DNA from: a virus
Taxonomy: Duplodnaviria > Caudoviricetes
Strand: one strand, 5' to 3'
DNA length: 64,000 nt
Virus record (IMG/VR): IMGVR_UViG_3300049021_000095
Location: 3,103 to 67,102 of that record
Below the pieces are notes generated by a model, which saw only the letters and a list, made by a program, of their open reading frames with translations, was not told the origin of the DNA and made no database searches. Shown here in pieces: positions 60,497 through 64,000 of the stretch; positions within the stretch are counted from its first letter, which is position 1, and each line of letters begins with the position of its first letter. A program made the position numbers and the translations under genes.

Positions 60497-61845
60497 GGCA
60501 AACCCTTCACTACCGGCGGCTGATCCCCCGGATACAACTTCTCGCGATCTTGCAGGTCGAAAAGGCCGCGCTGCTGCTCGATGGGCAGGCAGTGCGGGCT
60601 GAACCAGATCCGCTCGAGTTCGCGATTCGCGTTGCCCTCAGCCGCGTAGCCGCGCGCGCCCTTCCAAGCATGCTCGGTCCAGCTCTTGGGCATCTCGTGC
60701 TCGCCCGCGTAGCCGCAGAGGGCGATGCGCAGGTCGGGGTCGTCGCCGTGTTCGATCGCCCAAACCCGGACCTTGTCGCTGACCTTGGCGTCGTCCTCGC
60801 TGTACAGGTACGGGTCGCGAAACTCGTGGCTGTACGGCGGGTCGAGGAACACGGCGCACGGCCGGCGCCCGCCGACGTTCTTGCCCTTCCCGAGCACCGA
60901 GTCGCCGAGTACTCGCTGCCAGTCCCCGCACGCGACGCGCACGCGGCGCAGGCGCTGCTGCAGAGCTCGGAACCAATCCACGCACGGCGCGGCCGCAACA
61001 CCGTTCAGGCCGCGGTCGTTGCCGAGGCTGGGTAGGTGGACGCCACCGCCGGCGGAGCTGAGTGTGGGGCGCCGGCCAGGGGAGTAGGCGTCGACATCGT
61101 AGGCGGAGGGTGCGTTTATGCCGTTACCAGGCGACGCGAGCCACGGCATCATCCCGCTCTTGATGGCTGCCAGCTCCGGGCTAGCACCCTCTGAATGCAC
61201 GCCCCGCCCGAGCGATGTGCCGTCGAGTACTGGTCGCTTGCGCTGGTGCGAGGTGTCACCGTGCACGCCACGCCCGCCGGACCCGACACCACGCCCCTCG
61301 CCGGCATTGGTCCCGCTCATCTTCGGGCGGGTGCGTGCGCGCTCGTTACGGGCCTTGCCGTGGCCGGTGTCGCTGTGGACGCCCTTCCCGATGCCGTCGA
61401 GCTTCGGGGGCTTCTTGCCCTTGGCCTGCGGCTCCACGCACCAGCCGCCGCCGATCCATTGGCACAGCCCCCACACCCACCAGCCCGCGATCTTCACGTC
61501 GTAGAAGTCGGGGTCGGTGTGCATGCGCTCCCGAAACTCGGATTGGTTCACGAGCCATTTGTGCCGCGCGTGCAGGTCGGCTTCGTTGACGGGCCAGTCA
61601 GCCCAGCGGGCTACGGCCTCGGGATCGGCCGAAACGGCACGCCAGAAGTTGGCGAGGTACCGGTCGCGGTCGTTGACTGTTTCGATCTTGCCGGCGCCGC
61701 CCGGACGCGCGAGCAGTACCGCGAGCGAGCCGGCAAAGGGCTCGATGTAGTTCGGGCAGTCAGGACCAAACGCGCGCCAGACGACGTCGGCGACGCGGCG
61801 CTTGCCACCGAACCACGGGAAGGGCGCTCGCACGGCTTCAGCCAC
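60493..61845 (-). CDS. DNA adenine methyltransferase (D12 class) with internal repeats
   Basis: PFPWFGGK, YIEPFAGS, ETVND and catalytic FLDPPY motifs. Confidence 0.9.
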   Translation of the reverse strand: MAEAVRAPFPWFGGKRRVADVVWRAFGPDCPNYIEPFAGSLAVLLARPGGAGKIETVNDRDRYLANFWRAVSADPEAVARWADWPVNEADLHARHKWLVNQSEFRERMHTDPDFYDVKIAGWWVWGLCQWIGGGWCVEPQAKGKKPPKLDGIGKGVHSDTGHGKARNERARTRPKMSGTNAGEGRGVGSGGRGVHGDTSHQRKRPVLDGTSLGRGVHSEGASPELAAIKSGMMPWLASPGNGINAPSAYDVDAYSPGRRPTLSSAGGGVHLPSLGNDRGLNGVAAAPCVDWFRALQQRLRRVRVACGDWQRVLGDSVLGKGKNVGGRRPCAVFLDPPYSHEFRDPYLYSEDDAKVSDKVRVWAIEHGDDPDLRIALCGYAGEHEMPKSWTEHAWKGARGYAAEGNANRELERIWFSPHCLPIEQQRGLFDLQDREKLYPGDQPPVVKGLP

Positions 61846-61974
61846 GTTGCCGCCTCTCCCTTCCCGCCCACCAGCCCGCCAAAGCGAGCGCGGCGAACGC
61901 CGTGAGCCAGATGGGCGCGGTGACGATGATGATCGCGAGGTCGGTGTCGAGGGCGCGTTGGGACGTGGGGTGCA

Positions 61975-62790
61975 TCAGCCGGCCCTCCTGGCCATGGGCG
62001 GCGCTTTGTCCGCGATCAGCAGCTCTTTAGCGAGCGTTGCCTTCTGCTCGCGGATCTGTTTCGCGAACAGCTCGAGCGCGTTAGCTGCGGAATCCATCGC
62101 CCGAGTCGGGTCGCCATTGCCGAACCGCCGCAGTCGCTGAATCTTCGCGACGACGTCGCCGATGATCCCGCCATTCCAACCGTCGATTGTCAGGCCGCTC
62201 GCCAGCTCGAAGGCGGCCAATGATGCGCGAAGCGCTTCGAGATCGCGCTCGGCGTTCGACCGGTCGCGCTCCTGCACCTGCGGAGCGTCGGCCCGACCCT
62301 TCTCACAGCCTTCTGCGAACGCTGCCGCGCGCACCTGGTCTTGCGCCTCGGCGGCGCGCCGGAGCAGAGCCGCGACGAAGCCTCGGTCGAGCGCCTCTGC
62401 CTCGAGCTTCGGTGCCTGCTTGGCGCATCGTAGTTTGGTGCCGTCGAGCACGAGCAGCCCCCAATTGGCGGGCAACTCACCGTCTTTGACGATGGTTTCG
62501 TCGGCGACAGCGAGCCACCAGAAGTCGCAGTACTTGCCGATCGCATCGGCTTTCTCCGGCGACTTCAGCTCAGCAATCCAGTCGGAGCGCGATACCTTGA
62601 TCTCGATTCCCTCGAGGTGGATGCCGCGCGACGGCCAAAGGCCCATGGCGATGCAATCCGCTCGACGACGTCGGCCGCGGTAGCCCGTGGCATCGCCGAC
62701 CTCATCGAAAACAGCGGCGGAGCGCCCAAAACGCTCGCGGACGGCAGCACGCATATCGGCCGAGGTGATGGGTCGCTTGGGGCTAGCCAT
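61975..62790 (-). CDS. MmcB-like PD-(D/E)XK nuclease with coiled-coil C-terminus
   Basis: RRADCIAMGLWPSRG..LEG.EIKVSRSDW..ELK.P.K...I.KYCD.WWL. Confidence 0.8.
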   Translation of the reverse strand: MASPKRPITSADMRAAVRERFGRSAAVFDEVGDATGYRGRRRRADCIAMGLWPSRGIHLEGIEIKVSRSDWIAELKSPEKADAIGKYCDFWWLAVADETIVKDGELPANWGLLVLDGTKLRCAKQAPKLEAEALDRGFVAALLRRAAEAQDQVRAAAFAEGCEKGRADAPQVQERDRSNAERDLEALRASLAAFELASGLTIDGWNGGIIGDVVAKIQRLRRFGNGDPTRAMDSAANALELFAKQIREQKATLAKELLIADKAPPMARRAG

Positions 62791-62977
62791 TCGCTGCCAC
62801 CGCCTTCCGCTCCGCGGCCTTGCCGGCAGCGAAGCGCTTGTCGAAGTGCTTCCTACAAAGCCTCGTGAGCTCGAGCTCGTCGCCCGCCGGCGCCGAGACA
62901 ACGGGGGAACCGTCCGGACACCACTGGCACGGAAACGAGACGTTGGGGGTGTGCTTGCGGCTAGCCACGACGGCCAC
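62783..62977 (-). CDS. small Zn-binding peptide
   Basis: CQWC...LCRKH; start uncertain. Confidence 0.4.
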   Translation of the reverse strand: MAVVASRKHTPNVSFPCQWCPDGSPVVSAPAGDELELTRLCRKHFDKRFAAGKAAERKAVAANG

Positions 62978-63260
62978 CAAATCCTTCAGCGACCGCCGCC
63001 TCTTCGCGTGCCAAGTCGGCGTCCACGACCTCTTGGTTGTCGAGCGCAAAAGCGAGCGCGTCGAAAACCTTGGCTGGGCCAAGCTGCGGGTACCGCTTGA
63101 GGATCCGCTCGATCGACGTGCCGTTCCGGTAGAAGGCCCAGATGCGGCGGACGGGGACGCGAGAGCCGACCACGTGTGGCGCGCCGTTCAGTACGTCGCT
63201 GCTAACCCGCACGTGAGGGTGCGGGACGAGGATGACGGGGAGGCTAGCGGCCACGGCCAC
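62961..63260 (-). CDS. DUF433-family (VapB45-like) antitoxin-domain protein
   Basis: H.RV..DVLNG.P.V.G.RVPV..I......G.SIE.IL..YPQL...V.DAL.FA. Confidence 0.85.
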   Translation of the reverse strand: MAVAASLPVILVPHPHVRVSSDVLNGAPHVVGSRVPVRRIWAFYRNGTSIERILKRYPQLGPAKVFDALAFALDNQEVVDADLAREEAAVAEGFGGRRG

Positions 63261-63507
63261 CGCCTTCCGGGTCGACCAGATGGTCCGCGTCCTTCGTGAG
63301 CTGCTCCGCCGTGTCCGCGAAGAACGCCAGCCGCTCAGCCCACACCCGAGCCTGGCCAGGGGTCAGGGGGATCTCGGTCCCGTCGGTGATCCGGATCACG
63401 ACCTCGCCCGGCGCGCAGGCTAAGTGGCCGATGATGAAGGGGCCGGCGGCCTGCTCGAGGCGGCGCTCGCGGTAGTCGTCGAGGCTGACGACGTGGTCAG
63501 CCGGCAC
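63244..63507 (-). CDS. small hypothetical protein
   Basis: VVSLDDYRERR motif; GAGG ribosome-binding site. Confidence 0.55.
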   Translation of the reverse strand: MPADHVVSLDDYRERRLEQAAGPFIIGHLACAPGEVVIRITDGTEIPLTPGQARVWAERLAFFADTAEQLTKDADHLVDPEGGGRGR

Positions 63508-64000
63508 GACGCACCTCCGGAAAGTTCAGGGCAGCGAATTCACCGAAGTGCAACCGCGCCTCGGCGTCGTACGCGCGAGCCGCCTCTTCAGGGTCTTCGA
63601 ACAGGCCGAGATAGATCTGTTTTCGCTTGCCGTTGGGGCGCGGCTCACCAGAGCAGATCGAGGCCTGCCACTTGCCGGCCTTAGGGTGCCAACTCACGCC
63701 CTTGTAGCCGCCACGGCTCTGATTCTTGGACCGCGTGACATTGGTCGCGTTGCCGCGAGCGTCGGTTACCCGAAGGTTGTCCTTGCGGTTATCGAGCCCG
63801 TTGCCGTTCCGGTGGTCGACAACCTTGCCGTCGCCAGGCACGCAGCCCATCAGGAACCGGTGGAGCGACTCGCCAAGGTTGCGCCCCGCAACGCGGTAGC
63901 TCCGCTGGACGTAGTACTTGCCAGGCGTCGACTTCTTGGACTTGGTCTGCCACTTGAACGCTTGAGCGCGTTCGAGATCCTCAGCGTCGATGAGCGCCAT
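63497..64000 (-). CDS. HNH plus AP2-domain endonuclease (5' end beyond the window)
   Basis: LHRFLMG, VVDHRNGNGLDNRKDNLR, YKGV.W....KWQA.I, YLG.F...EEAARAYD..A..HFGEFA.LNFP. Confidence 0.92.
   Translation of the reverse strand: MALIDAEDLERAQAFKWQTKSKKSTPGKYYVQRSYRVAGRNLGESLHRFLMGCVPGDGKVVDHRNGNGLDNRKDNLRVTDARGNATNVTRSKNQSRGGYKGVSWHPKAGKWQASICSGEPRPNGKRKQIYLGLFEDPEEAARAYDAEARLHFGEFAALNFPEVRRAG

Noticed and set aside
61000-61416. Intein in the methyltransferase
   Set aside because: No N-terminal Cys/Ser block, no His-Asn terminus and no endonuclease motif; the insert is made of short repeats.

Overview
This 64 kb window looks like most of one high-GC tailed phage (or prophage) genome, cut inside the early operon. 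Gene order is lambdoid. A cro-like gene and a cI-like repressor are flanked by twin operator/promoters (1.2-2.2 kb). A + strand early operon (2.3-16.6 kb) carries recombination genes, a methyltransferase and many small ORFs. A long - strand run, read from 64 kb leftwards, carries replication genes (initiator with internal iterons, primase, DnaB), RuvC, terminase, a Mu gp29-type portal, HK97-type protease and capsid, a contractile tail and baseplate, fibres and lysis genes. No integrase is visible. The host is probably a myxobacterium (Polyangiales-like), inferred only from a Gly-linker/Cys-repeat lipoprotein and the GC content. Two features stand out. (1) A Ro60/TROVE gene is followed by an alternating array of five Y-type RNAs: three minimal Ro-binding hairpins and two tRNA-bodied RNAs whose Ro-binding helix is circularly permuted into the anticodon arm. 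Each unit carries a different anticodon-loop-like heptamer, and a sixth partial Ro-binding hairpin sits on the ribosome-binding site of the Ro60 gene. (2) Three antisense HNH endonuclease cassettes share an extended -10 promoter and a covarying 5-prime hairpin motif, and are flanked by apparently recoded segments of the neighbouring late genes, in one case with the displaced original gene end still present. All calls come from manual reading of motifs; no database search or folding program was run.
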